A stretch of DNA of 64,000 nucleotides from Basidiobolus meristosporus CBS 931.73 (GCA_002104905.1 MCFE01000037.1:1-64000), one strand, 5' to 3'. Positions 1 through 12,400 are shown, counted from the stretch's first letter. Notes: generated by a model not told the origin, from the sequence alone. Numbers and translations are program-made.

Positions 1-334
1 GGGACCTCTCAGAGCATATATTCAGACATCATTTGGACATTCCACTCTTTGTACCATTCTCCCTGGAAAAAGTACTCCTCAAAAGGTTTACCAGCTTGTT
101 GAAAAACTCTCCTTCCCTTCAAGTTACAAACTTCCTTGAGAAATACTACAGTGAACAAGCAGTTTTGCTACATTCTCCTCTAGACTTCAAAATTGAGGAT
201 ATTTGGGATACAGCAAAGTCCAAGTTTATCTTGTAGGCTTACTGCATCTCAAATATTCATATTCAATTTTGGCTTCTTTATTTATGGTTTAAATAAGGAT
301 TTCACCCTGTGGTGATTATCATCTCCCCCTAAGT
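1..334. mobile_element. Unassigned CpG-depleted repeat-like sequence abutting the truncated integrase
   Basis: Same CpG depletion as the Gypsy element, but it does not continue the integrase core (no SDNG/EF or YHP motifs). It may be a nested or different TE. Confidence 0.3.
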
Positions 335-3300
335 GCAATAGTGGCAGCATACGTTTCTGGGATAGCTTGAGGAAGACTAAACATGTGCTGACATCCACAA
401 TTACAAAGAGGTAGTGATTACCTTCATCACTAGTGGTGAAAGGTCCTGCTAGATCAATTGCAATATGATCCATAGGAATGCGTGCATGGATGGGACTCAA
501 TGGGTGAAATCCATGGCAGCTGATATTGTAAAGTTGACATTCTCTGCAAGACTTGACAAATTCTAGGCAGTCAGCTTTGATGTTTGGCCAGTGATATCCA
601 TCAGTGTGTAGCTCCTTCATAGGTGTGTCAGCTCCAAAGTGACCAAGTAAATGACTCCTCTGTATCAATGTTTTCCATTCATTGGCATGTGGGATTTTCC
701 AAGTTGCTGAATCCAGTTGAGGAATTATTTTGGATGTTGTAGAGAGCTTATGGGTTATGTCATGAATCACATGTCCCTCTCAATGTGAGGTTGGGAAAAG
801 TCTTGAAAGGTGGTCAGGCAGGATGTTGAGGATTCCTGGGCAATGAAAAACTGAATATTCATAATCAAGTTGAGTATTAAGCCAGTTTGTAAGCATTTGA
901 GTCAGAGTCTTTTGAGTATGGATATAGACAAGGGCTCAGTGGTCAGTATACAAGGAAAAAGGGTTACCCCAAAGTACTGATGAAGCTTCTTCAAGGCAAG
1001 GACTATAGCAAGTAGCTCCTTCTTGGTGGCAGAGTAGTTTCTTTCAGCAGGTTGTAGGGATCTGGCTTGAAAAGAGATTCAGTGAGGAGGATTTTGGTCT
1101 TCATCCTGGTATAGGACAGCCCCTAACCCAACATTAGATGCATCTGTAGCAACAATAAAGGTCTTAGTAAAGTCTGGGTAGGATGGAGTGGGTGCTTATG
1201 GGAGCAATTGGTAGAGTGACTGAAATGCTTGGTGATAAGCCTTGTTCCAGGCTGAGGGAAGATCAGGACTATGGTGTAATGCATCCAAAGGAGCACTCAA
1301 TGAGGATATGAGAGGAATGTGTTCCCTGAAATAGTCGAATACTCCAAGATAATGTTGGGGTTGCTTAGCACTTGTGGGTTTTGGCCATTCAGGAATATTG
1401 ACCAGTTTGAAAGGGTCAAGTTGGTGACCATCTGGTGTGACTATGAATCCAAGTAGATTGATTTTGAGGCTAGCAAAACTGCACTTTTCAGCATTAAGAA
1501 TCAGTCCAGCAGCTGTCAGTCTATTGCTGACATCAATGACATGAGTTGCATGATCATCACAGTTTGTGGAAAATATGATTACATCATCAGCAAATACCAA
1601 GGTGTATGATGCATTTTTAAGTATTATTGTCATGGCTCTCTGAAATATGCTGGTAGGGGTCTTTAGGCCAAATGGAGCTCCCTGAAACATCCATTGCATA
1701 TTATTCCAAGTAAAGGCAGTCTTATGCTGATGATCAGGATAGATCTGAATTGGTAATGTGCATTCTTTGAGTCCAATTTGGAGAATACTTTTGTGCCTAA
1801 TAGTGAGGAAAAGATATCCTGGATTCTTAGGACTGAGAATTTATCATCTTGGAGAAGCTTGTTCAGAGGTCTAGGATCCAAACAGGGTCTCTTCAGAGTT
1901 AGATTTCCATATGCATCCTTCTTGGGTGCAAGTGTCAAAGGGCTGTTGAATGTTGTGTTGACAGGGGCTTGAGTGATAATTCCATTGTCAGCCCACTTTT
2001 GGACTATTTCATCAACCAAGTGTTGACAAGAATGGGGAATTGGGTATTGCCTCCTCCATGTTGACTCGCCAGGTGGGGTTTCTAGTGTAGCAATGGATTC
2101 TGGAATAGTGAAGACACTGCTCCTGGGAATGGCTTGGTTTCTTTCTATGGCCAGCTGAATATTCAATTTGACTGATTGAGAATACACTTGAAAAGTTGGG
2201 GCTGACTCCTCTGCTTCCACATGGGGTGAGATAATCTCTGGAATCTGATCTATTATGGGTGGCTGAGATTCAGTGATTCCAGGATATGAAACTGGTAGTC
2301 CACCTATGTGAAAGCCAGGTTTGGTGAAGGTGTCTAAGGTAATGACTACCTGAGGTCCATCTGGAATGTCAATAACTTCCATTTGATGGATTATAGTTAT
2401 TGAAACACAATGTATGCTGATTGGGTTGATGATACCAATTCTTGGGGCTGAGAAGTCCTTGGCTGCATATATAATTTCTCCTGGTTGCTTTTCTATTTCC
2501 AATTCAAGATCTTTGACTACATTAGGTGATACAATGGAGTTAGATGATCCAGTATCCAGTAGTGCTAAATATGATTGGCTGTTGAGTTTGAGCGGCACCA
2601 TTTTAGCTTTTGGATGCGCAATTGGTTGCTTTTTTTCTTGAACAGTGGCAATTTTAGCCAGAATTTCAAGGAGGTTGTGATAATCTTGAACTGTAAGTTC
2701 TTCATATACTTCCTTATTCTCTGTCATTTTATTGTTTGAACTTTCATTTTGGATCTGAGTAATCCTTGGCAATGGTGTAAAGTTCTTCTCAGGACAGGCA
2801 GGTGATCTATGTCCCATCTTTCCACATTTAAAGCATTTGTCATCAACATATGGATTATCAATTTTGGTATTTTGCTGCTTCTCTGACATGTTTCCTGACT
2901 TGTTTGACTGCTTAGTGATGCCTTTGCATTCACTAGTAGAGTGATAGCATCTTCCATGAAGCTCACAATGCTTGGTAGCAGTTGACTACTTCTTGGTCAC
3001 ATGACTGCACTCTTTTCCTGTTGTTGCTGCATCTTGAGTGGAGTTGCCTGAAGCCTGGCTAGCAGCCGTGGTCATGGTGGTTGCTAGTGTACATATCTCT
3101 GAGATTTTGTCATAAGTGCATGCAGGGTTGCATGCTTTGACAATAGCAATATTACTCTACAGCTGGTGTGAAAAGTTTGAAAGAAAATGAGAAGTAAGCA
3201 ATGGATTGTCAGCACTAACTCCAGCTAATCTCATTTGTCTCTGGAATCTATTACAGAAGTGTTGCACAGATTCACCTTATTGCATTTTAGTTTTCTATAA

Positions 3301-3917
3301 GTTGCAGTTTAGATGCGCTTTCTTGAGAGGATCATCAAAATGGCCGCAAAAGAGGTTCTGGGCAACTTTCCATGTATTATCAGAAGGAATGTTCACTTCA
3401 ACCCAGTCAGCACCTTGAATGGTGAGACAGAGAGGCAAAAGTTCAGCCCAATTGATGTTGGGGTCTAGCTGGTGTGCAGCTAAGACATGATAAACTTGTA
3501 AAGAAACTCAGTAGGATTCTTGATGACATTGGCTCCTTCCACATAAAGAGGCAAGGATCCTGGGACAACCACCAGGGCAGGTCTAGAGGGAGATGTAGAC
3601 CTGGAGGATCCAAAGGCATGACTTCTTGGTGGCTGATGCAGAGCAAGGCTGAGTGGATTTTCAATGCTGTCAATTACAATGGCAATATTCTCCAGGGCTT
3701 CTTTGATAATTCCAATTTCATCTTGGTAACTGGAAATAACTTCAAGAAGTTCATCTCTACAATGATTGTCAGATCTTGTCTTGGCAAGCCTTGAGTGCTC
3801 AAGCATCAAAGTGTTTCTTTCATGCAAGATGTTTTCAAGCTGTTCTGTTAGTTCTTCCTGATTTCTGTGGGCTTCTTCCAACATGGAAAGATTTGGATTG
3901 CTTGCTGCTGAGGACAT
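335..3917 (-). mobile_element. Degenerate Ty3/Gypsy LTR retrotransposon (gag-PR-RT-RNaseH-IN), 3'-truncated within integrase
   Basis: Minus-strand domains occur in Gypsy order: coiled-coil gag (3917-3480), CCHC knuckle CFKCGKMGHRSPAC (~2830), protease LLDTGS, RT (PFGL...VFADD, 1196-1699), RNase H (IVATDAS...YSATKKELLAIV...TDH, ~1170-830) and integrase Zn finger/core (HLLGHFG...CRECQ...IAIDLAGP, 770-335). There are many stops and frameshifts. Integrase similarity stops at ~335. Confidence 0.95.
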
Positions 3918-5400
3918 ATTGTAAAGTGGTTGAATGTAATGGAATTCAACAAAAAAAATGTTGTATCCAAGAGAAAAGTGTAATAAACTCTTGAATGAGT
4001 TAACTGAACCTAAGTGAAAACTAAGTGCAGAATCTCAGAATTGTTAAGAATGACAGAAATATTAGCAGAGATGTTCTGGTCTAATATTGGTCTTATATAC
4101 AGCTGAGTTAGGCTATAAAGGCAACAGAGTAGGTTTGCTATGCAGGCTAGGCTTAGTGTTTTTGAGAGTGCAAAATGTGCTAGGCTTGGGTAGAAACTAG
4201 AATGGAATTGTTGAATTCGTAATTTTGCTGAGGCACAATCTTAATTTTGTTGAGACACGCACTAAACCAAAAGATTCAGTAAACTTTATTTATATTCTTC
4301 TGATCAAGTTGAATCAGTAAGCACCAAGAGACTGGACTAATTGAAATCTGTTGGGGTGTTGATAGGTGCATTAGATAAATGAGAAATTGCATCATTAATC
4401 AGCTGATGTCTTGGCAACTACTAAGTGGTTGGATGGATCTCAGATGACTAATCCTTGGGAAAGGCTTAGCAGATCAGTTGAGGACCTAATGACCAAATGA
4501 AAATTGATCAGGTGTGACAGCTAAAAATAGATTCTGAGAAGTGATAAAATAAACCATAACAGGGATTAGTTATGTTTGAGTTAGGGAAAATCAGTTAGGG
4601 TACTAGATTTTCTCATGGAGTAAAATAGGCTAAGTTTTAAATGTTGATGCACAACAGAAAACTTACCCAGGACATGAAAATTAGATAAGTTGTCCAAGCA
4701 GCCCCAAACCTTGCACACATGCTCTTGGGACCTTCCTATATCTATTTTATATGCTTGCTATGCCAAGACTATATAAAAATATAAGTACTACTTTTACATT
4801 CCATAAATCATTAAGTGAAAGCCACATAATATACTTGTCCTCCCAATCACTTCCAATATCTCCAAAACTCTTACAACAATTAGAAGATCAAGTAGATTTT
4901 GTGGTTTTCACTTAATGACTTAATGAATGCAGAAGTAAAATTTATACTTTACATGGCCTTAGCAAAGCAAGTGTGCACAATATGTTTAGGTAGACCTCAA
5001 GCATATGTGTGTAAAGTTTGGGACTGATTTGGACAACTCTGAAAATTCTCATGTTTTGAGTACCTGATACTCTGGTGAAAATGTCACAAGAGAATCCCAA
5101 GAGGGCATGTGGTCAGAATTCTCAGAGATATGTAGGTAAATATCAGTTTGAACAAATTAGGTGAATATTTAGGTGTAATTACAAGTTTTTACAACATTGT
5201 TATAATAGTGTTTACATTGATTCCATCTGCTGAGCAGTTGAGTAAGCCAGCTGGGTGATCTTTTATAGCACTCAATGTGAGATGGTATTGAGTATCTGCA
5301 TTTGAGGATTTGACATAAAATGTAGGACATCAGCACAATTGAAAATCACCCAATTTCAGCTTAGTTGGCTTATGCAGTTCTGGTTCACAATTGGTATTTT
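3918..5400 (-). mobile_element. Putative 5' UTR/LTR and adjacent TE-derived sequence
   Basis: Non-coding, CpG-depleted and upstream of gag, with a minus-strand TATATAA at ~4095. LTR boundaries and PBS could not be defined because no second LTR is in the window. Confidence 0.4.
4664..5062. repeat. ~400-bp imperfect palindrome (foldback/MITE-like)
   Basis: Left arm 4664-~4845 is the reverse complement of right arm ~4878-5062. Examples: CATTAAGTGAAAGCCACA vs TGTGGTTTTCACTTAATG, and AGTTGTCCAAGCAGCCCCAAAC vs GTTTGGGACTGATTTGGACAACT. The loop is ~30 nt. Confidence 0.8.
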
Positions 5401-5879
5401 ACAAACTTATACGAATCAATTGTAGCTTATACTATACTTTCCACACACCAGCCCTGTTCTCTATCTATGGCAGCAACAGTTTGCTGCATACCGGCAACTG
5501 GCACACTAGGTAATGGCTTCAGTATTCTAATTTCACAATAAGTGACTGCATATCAAAAGGTAGCCATAGGTAGTGCTGTTACAGTTCAATCAATTCCGTA
5601 TGTCTTGAAGACCAGACCAATCCCTAAAGCCATATTCCTAGGTGAGATAGTTCCATAAGTAAACCTTCAGTATGATCATTAGGCTTAGCCAGCCTGCGAA
5701 CACAACTAAACTGGTTTGTATGACCCTTCAATCCTCCATAACAGATTTGACGTGTGCTGACCATATGCGGGCTATATCAACCTAACCAAGTAACTCATTC
5801 AAAAAGGACAATCTCCATGTCCATCGGCTCGGTCAAAAATGGAGTTTAGCATGATTTTCCATGATACTCAGTTCCTTAC

Positions 5880-6540
5880 TGATTCATAATGTTAACTCTA
5901 AATGGGAATTTTGACTAAAAGACCTTTTAAGTAATCTATTGGCTATGTGGCACAAATCTTAATTGGAAACCAGCATATTTGTTATGCCAAGTAGTTCCTT
6001 TACCGCACACGCTTAGATACTGCGAGGGGCATTCATGAATATGGTTTATAAGGAAAGCTGAAGCATCACTAGCGGCATGGCTAATTCATATTCCAAAGAC
6101 GTGAGTAACTTTTGAAATATGCAGTGAACTGACGGGTGCCCAATTGTATTGGTATTTTGGAGATTTTAACTTAGTTTCCGCAAACTGTCTCGCCAGGGCA
6201 TGCATCCACAATATTTGTTCTCCTTGGGGCATGGTGAAGGATTCCAGTATTCCCTTACTGACCTGACAATTTTTCCATCATTGGTATAGATTCTTCCAAG
6301 TTTCGCTCTGAAATTGCTGAGAAGGAAGAACCTTATGCACTAGCCTCTGTTTATAGCCTGCGTTATCGTAGTTCCAAGTTCCTTGCGATGTGATAGAACA
6401 TTTTCGGTTCACTTGCTGTCTATTAATCCGTTTGATGTATACCATCCGTATTGGGGGTGTTATCAATAGAGACGATCTATAAAGTCCTGTATGTGAAATG
6501 CTCCTACTTTGGGAATTTTCGGGAAACTTCCCAGAAACAG
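5880..6540 (-). pseudogene. Possible decayed coding remnant, unassigned
   Basis: Protein-like stretches are interrupted by stops (AFHIQDFIDRLY**HPQYGWYTSNGLI; ESFTMPQGEQILWMHALARQFAE...GTTWHNKYAGFQLRFV). No family recognised. Confidence 0.2.
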
Positions 6541-6741
6541 TATCAGCAGTGTTGTTTTTCCGTGGATTACCATTTCCTACCAAGCGGCATTTCACTACCC
6601 GAATTACCACAATAGACGGACACAATCAGTCTCTACTAAATTAGGGCGAAATCTCTGGTTGCTCTTACGATTGGTAACGAATCTTGGGAAATAGAACTGC
6701 TTTATAAGCGTGACTGAGCTCCGTGCTTTGATGGAAATATC

Positions 6742-8145
6742 ATGAAGCTTCCGACCCTTTTCCTCTCGCTTACCTCGCTGTTCGCAGCAAACGTGCTCTC
6801 GCAGGCAATGCACAACATTGCTAGCCTCCCCGACGACGGAAAGAAATTTATCTCCTTTCAGACAGACGTCAGGTCTGTTCCTGAATTCAGTCCTAACGAC
6901 ACCTACTGGTCAGCCATCGACTGGAACAACGGATATATGGGAATGCAGACATGGGCCAACAAACGTGTATTCCTCTTCTCTCTCTGGGACAACAGCAATG
7001 GAGAAGCAACCGTACTGGAAGCATGCGATGAGTGTGTGACTAGTCGCTTTGGCCACGAGGGCACTGGGTCCCATATGCAGTATTTCTATCCATGGCTTGA
7101 TGGAGTGGATTACGGCTTCCAAATTGATTACGAGGAGGACGGTGATTATTTGATCTACACAGCCCACCTACGTATCGATGGCAAATGGATGCAATTTGGA
7201 AAATTACGTGTTATAAATGACAACCTAAGCTATGGCCTTGGCTACTTCGAGCAGTTTCTCGAAAATCCGCTGGGACTCAGCAATGGAATGCGAGTGGGCG
7301 TTTGGAGTAAACAAGCCTACAAACATGACGGCAGTAAGTACTGGTACCCCTCGCTAGGTGGCTCAATAACGTATACATATCCTGGGCCCGACGGTACATG
7401 GGGCGCAGGTTTTGCAGAAGACAAAACGGCAATCTGGATGTCTATCAACGGTCCAGCCGACTATCATGGATACAACAACAAGCCCATACAATGGCAGTGG
7501 TATCCCTACGATGCCGCTAATTTGGGAATAGACATCGTTGTTGCAAATGAAACTGATAGACGTTGTGGCTGGTTCGGGGACGTGATGCGTCAGTGCCAAC
7601 CTGGCTACTGCTGCTCCAGCTATGGCTACTGTGGCACCACCTATGTTTACTGCGAAGGCTCAACCAAACTAGAATATGATGCCCCCGTGACAAACCGCCG
7701 GCCCCAGGTTAAGAAGACCGCAAAGGAGCAAGGAACCAAGACCAAGTCGCATATTCCCTCTCTGCACTCTAATGACCTAAAGCTTTCTAAATTTAAACTT
7801 GCCAATAATGCCGGTAGCTGTTCCTGCACTAGGGACTTAGCAGATGTATACATCGATGATTTCTTAGTTGCATATCAAAATCAAGGCTATTTGTGGGATG
7901 AGGCTGCTTGGAAGTCGGGCTCGGCCCTATTTGACTATAGAGGCAAGAGTGGTGCTGGTAAAGATTATGATTTACATATCGAAGTACAATCTCGATCACC
8001 TTTGAAGGAAGGAAAACAAATTGGCAGGCCGCTCTACGAGTGCTTCCAGCAGTCGGAGAAGCTACCCAGCTTGAGCAACATCCAAACCCCGAAAAAATGC
8101 ATCCTGGATGTCGACTCAGTCTCCGTTATTGCTTCCTTCAAATAG
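6742..8145 (+). CDS. Secreted protein: DUF3472-like domain + CBM18/hevein chitin-binding domain + unassigned C-terminal domain
   Basis: Intronless 467-aa ORF with signal peptide MKLPTLFLSLTSLFAANVLS. DUF3472-like motifs: YWSAIDWNNGYMGMQ, RVFLFSLWD, FGHEGTG...YPW, FLENP. Hevein motif CG-x7-C-x4-CCSSYGYCGTT-x3-C at ~7561-7660. Confidence 0.85.
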   Translation: MKLPTLFLSLTSLFAANVLSQAMHNIASLPDDGKKFISFQTDVRSVPEFSPNDTYWSAIDWNNGYMGMQTWANKRVFLFSLWDNSNGEATVLEACDECVTSRFGHEGTGSHMQYFYPWLDGVDYGFQIDYEEDGDYLIYTAHLRIDGKWMQFGKLRVINDNLSYGLGYFEQFLENPLGLSNGMRVGVWSKQAYKHDGSKYWYPSLGGSITYTYPGPDGTWGAGFAEDKTAIWMSINGPADYHGYNNKPIQWQWYPYDAANLGIDIVVANETDRRCGWFGDVMRQCQPGYCCSSYGYCGTTYVYCEGSTKLEYDAPVTNRRPQVKKTAKEQGTKTKSHIPSLHSNDLKLSKFKLANNAGSCSCTRDLADVYIDDFLVAYQNQGYLWDEAAWKSGSALFDYRGKSGAGKDYDLHIEVQSRSPLKEGKQIGRPLYECFQQSEKLPSLSNIQTPKKCILDVDSVSVIASFK

Positions 8146-8946
8146 ATGCTTGCGTTTGAATGTCAGTCACCTTTACCGCTACAATATGCTTATCGATGAA
8201 AACGCTGGTACGATAAGTGTGCACTGTGCATTTCCAACACCCACGTATTACTGCCACAACCATGTGTAAAGTGTATACAGTGTTTTTGCGAATTATCATC
8301 AATAAATACAGGCACCACGTGTTACACAAAACAGTACGATCACTTTTCTACGAGCAACGTTTTAGCCTGTACTGGTTAGACAACATCTTCCTTCTGATGT
8401 TTACAACTAAAGACTTGACTGCCAAAGATGGTGATTTTAGTTGATTTTCTGAGCACTGTTTGATGGTCGCAACTCCACCATAAATATGGAATGGTGTGCC
8501 ATACTAAACACCTACCAAATATGGAACTAATCAGGAGATTACTTATTTGGGATTAACTGCGCATTCACGTTTGATGTTGTGCAGCACTCCCGAGTAGTTG
8601 GATCTGAGGCATTGGAGTGTTTGTTTATTCACACCGCGTGACCTCGTCGTGTCAAAAGATTTTGTAAGCAAAATTGTTTACAGGTCCAGAACCGTTCAAT
8701 CCATGTCTTGAGCTAAAACTGATAGTGTGGAGCATTAGACCAAGGCCAAGCCAGTAAGTGCACTATTAGTATCAAATTAAGCATGCCCACCGAGGAAAGA
8801 CAATGGCATGATTCAACACCCGGCAAAGCAGTGGAGTAACTCATCCACCAAACAAAGTGGAATATTATAGCTGACAGTAAAAATCCAATAGAGGTGTGTA
8901 TAAGGTAGTCCACATCCGTATTGATGTAGGTAACGCAATTTTTAGA

Positions 8947-9127
8947 GTAGTGCAGTGCTAAAAGTTATCAGAGATTTCAATGCTAGCATGGTGAAAGCAC
9001 TCTATAGCAGTGCTAAAAGTTATCAGAGATTTCAATGCTAGCATGGGTGAAAAGCACTATACATAGTAGTGCAGTGCTAAAATATCAGATTCAATGCTAG
9101 CATGGGTGAAAATCGCACTCTATAGCA
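8947..9127. repeat. Minisatellite, 3 copies of a ~55-64 bp unit
   Basis: Units GCAGTGCTAAAAGTTATCAGAGATTTCAATGCTAGCATGGTGAAAGCACTCTATA start at 8952, 9007 and 9071. Each contains the palindrome ATGCTAGCAT. Confidence 0.9.
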
Positions 9128-9400
9128 ATAATTGTTTCTAATGTTTATTACTATAGAATACAAATTAAAGGGTGATGGGTCGGAATATTTCTAGATACAA
9201 GGATACCGCCGGAGATCAAGAAATACTCTTCGTGGTTCAGCAAATTAATTACTAAAATGAAGAAATGGGAGCGCTGGGGAATGATAAATAGGGGTCGGAC
9301 TGTTGCGTTCTAATTCTAAAAGATGGAATTTTCAAAAAATTCGTACATTCGAACAGAAGAAAGGATGGGAATGTGCTGACTATCGGAATACCACCTCCGC

Positions 9401-12400
9401 TTAGCCGACGATCTTCTCCACCATGGAGCTGGCCAGCTCGGCATTACGAATCATTTGGCCAACAGACAGCGCTTGGAAGGAGCCGCAGTCCACCAAGCCG
9501 GAGAAGCCAAGCTCGGATAAGATCGCGTTCTGATTCCGCCTCTTGGTGGTGTCTCTGGGGCGCGACACCATCGTGTACAGAATCGAGTGGACTGCCTCAA
9601 TGATGGGCACATTCTGGCTGCTGTTGAGGATTTGGTTCATCTTTGTCTGGAGATTGTCGTACCTGGAATGCGGCCAAATATGGGTTAGCATCAAACATGC
9701 ACGACGAATACTTCGGTTCACGCTCACTCACACTAGGGAAAAGACATCAGGCAGCGCAACGGCTGCTTCGGCCAGGAAGCTGTAAAGGAATAGGAACTCC
9801 GCTTCGTATTCGGCATTGTTTAGCATGGTAACCATGAGAGAGACCAACAGTATAGCCGTGGTATCATCAGGAATTACAAATCTATCGAGTAGTTTGAAAT
9901 ATGTATGACTTAGGACGGTGTTGTCGATCTCCAGGTCGTATATGCCTACGGTCCACAGCAACTCTCGAAGCTCCCCGTTCTTAGCCGCGGTAGGCAACAG
10001 TGGTGCAATGTAGCCCAACAAGTTAGGGTTCACTCGCTGCTTATCAGCGTTGCCTTTGTTGAAGATTTCCAGGAAAGACTTCAGCACGTTGGACGTGGCA
10101 GTCTTTGTGGATGGCTGCTTCAATCCCTTCAGCAAGGTGGCGGCCAGGGCAAAAGAAAAGTTTGTGCGGAATTGAATGCCGGTGGCCTTGTCCAACTCTA
10201 TCGCAATATCTTCCAACGGCTCACGGGCCTTCATTAGGAAACTGTCAGGAGTCTCGTCCGCGAAGAATCCATTGGTGTCCAAGGAACGCACCACGACCTC
10301 CATTAGATTGAGTGCACTATGGAAGAGAGGAAGATGTCCGATTTGTACAAGAGCAGCACCAAGCCAGAACATCTGCTGTAGATATCTTGAATTGTGCGGG
10401 AGGTTCTCGACGATGTTCGTCAAGCACGTGACAATACTAACGATCAGGTTGCAATCGCTTTCGTCGAACAAGGCTAATGAGCCGCGCAATGCGACCAGGA
10501 TTTGATACAAGAGATCATCGTCCACCTCATCCTTTGCCAGGCAGCCAAGCACGATAAAGGCTCTAGGCTGGACGGCCGGGTTGAAATTGAAAGCAGTGCT
10601 CGTAACCAGACTCATCCATCTAGCTCTCCATATGTTGGCGACATCTACAGCATTTGAGGGTTAGAAAGCATCGCAAAACTCAAGCATTCTCCACACTTAC
10701 CGGTAGATACGGCGCCAAGCTCAATCACCTCCAATAACGAATGCACTATGGTCTCCAGTGAGGTAAGCGGCACCGATTCTGGCATGTCGGGCACGGCATC
10801 GGGAAGTCTCGCAAAAGCGTTCCCGATCATCCTGTTCAAACCAAACAACAGCCGGAACTTGGGCTCGGAGAACTCGCCCAACAGGTGATTCAGCTTCTTT
10901 AGATTGGCCTCCTCCAGCGGCAATGAGGTGCAGAGCGATTGCACGATATTGACAACCAAGCCGTGGATGGAAGAGCGAATGATAGGAGGGCCGATCGAAA
11001 CCAGCATCGACACGATGTGAAACAGCTCGGGCAAATAGTGTTGAACATGCAACCGGTTGTTGAAAGAGAGCATCAAGTTGAATCGAATCAGCACCGCTAT
11101 CTCCACCCAGGACGAATGATCGGTCAAGGTTCTCATGGGCTTGTTGGAGGTGCTGGAGATCACCTTACGAAGTCGGGATATCAGCTTTCCTCTGACATTG
11201 ACCGACGACAAAGTAACCGCGGTCTCCGCCATGAGTTCGGCCTGTGGAGACCCGATTCCATGCTCAACCGCATACTGCACGAATGCATCCAGCACCGGAG
11301 TGATAATCTCGTCGACCTTGCCGATGGTACGCCATATCTTTGCCTGGATCGCCGGGGTGATCTCCACTTCTTTCACCGTCATATCGATGAACACCTTGAT
11401 GATCTCCTTCGTCTTTGCCAGATTGTGCTGGTTGTCACCATCGTTCCTGGAGAATTCCGCCAGATTTGACAACCACGGAGCCATGTATTCTAAGCAAAGG
11501 TGCTTCAGGGACGGGGTTGACTTGTTAAACCCAACGAAGCACTCGCTCAGAAACTCCAGAGTGAGGTGTGGCTCGGAGGCGGCCAGCATCTCGGATATTG
11601 AGACGATAAAACTCGAGTTGTTTGAAGGGATGCATAGCCCTTGCGCGCTCAACAATTGGTTTCCGACATTGAAATTGAACGTCAGGCTCAGAGCGTACAG
11701 CAGATTATACGCAGCAGACCGGAGGTTCGGGTCCTCGCTCCCGCTGTTCAGCAAAGCCATGTTCAGCAAGGTGCCCGGCACATCGTTCGGACGGATGATC
11801 CTCTCCGACACGTTGACTGGCTTGGATAGTTGGAATCTGGCCTTCGAATTCCTGATGGCCTTGAATATGAGATCGACCTTGGGACTTGCAAAGGTCATCG
11901 AGGAATTCCCACGATCGTACTTGATCACCAGATTGTTTTCGTCGTTGCGGGTGGTGACGAGTGCAACATCGTCAATATCCGATACATGATACACGTCGTT
12001 GAAGTAGGAATTCAAGCCGAAGATATCCTGCTTTCGAAGCGACGTCACTTGGACCGTCTCGTTGGTGATCTTGATGATGGTAGGCATCGGCTGCCTGAAA
12101 TGGGGGATCTTTGTCACCGGCGAGAAGATAAGTCCGGGGTCGGTTTCTAGAGCAATGGTGCCCTTGGGTAACCTCAGCTCTTGCAGTGGGATGTAGTCGT
12201 AGAGATCGTTGAGGTTCGAAGGGAAGATCGTTTTCTTGCCTATCTTGGTCGTCAGCGGACGGCCCAGCTTCTTGCTGAACTTCTTGAAGGCTGAGTTGAC
12301 ATTGTACATGTACAAAGCAGCTAGATTCTGGACGGCATCTGAGGGCAAGATCTGCAGGAACTGGTTGATCCATTGGTTCTGTATTTCGTTGGCATGGCCA

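Noticed and set aside
3918-4400. Possible LTR end and primer-binding site
   Set aside because: No convincing TG...CA boundary or tRNA-complementary PBS was found, and there is no partner LTR in the window.
5880-6540. Resemblance of DFIDRLY..HPQYGWY to the N-terminus of NDUFAF7/MidA methyltransferases
   Set aside because: Only one short motif matches and the downstream sequence did not fit. It is kept only as a low-confidence unassigned remnant.
8713-8913. Short hydrophobic minus-strand ORF (66 aa)
   Set aside because: No ATG context, splice support or family similarity.
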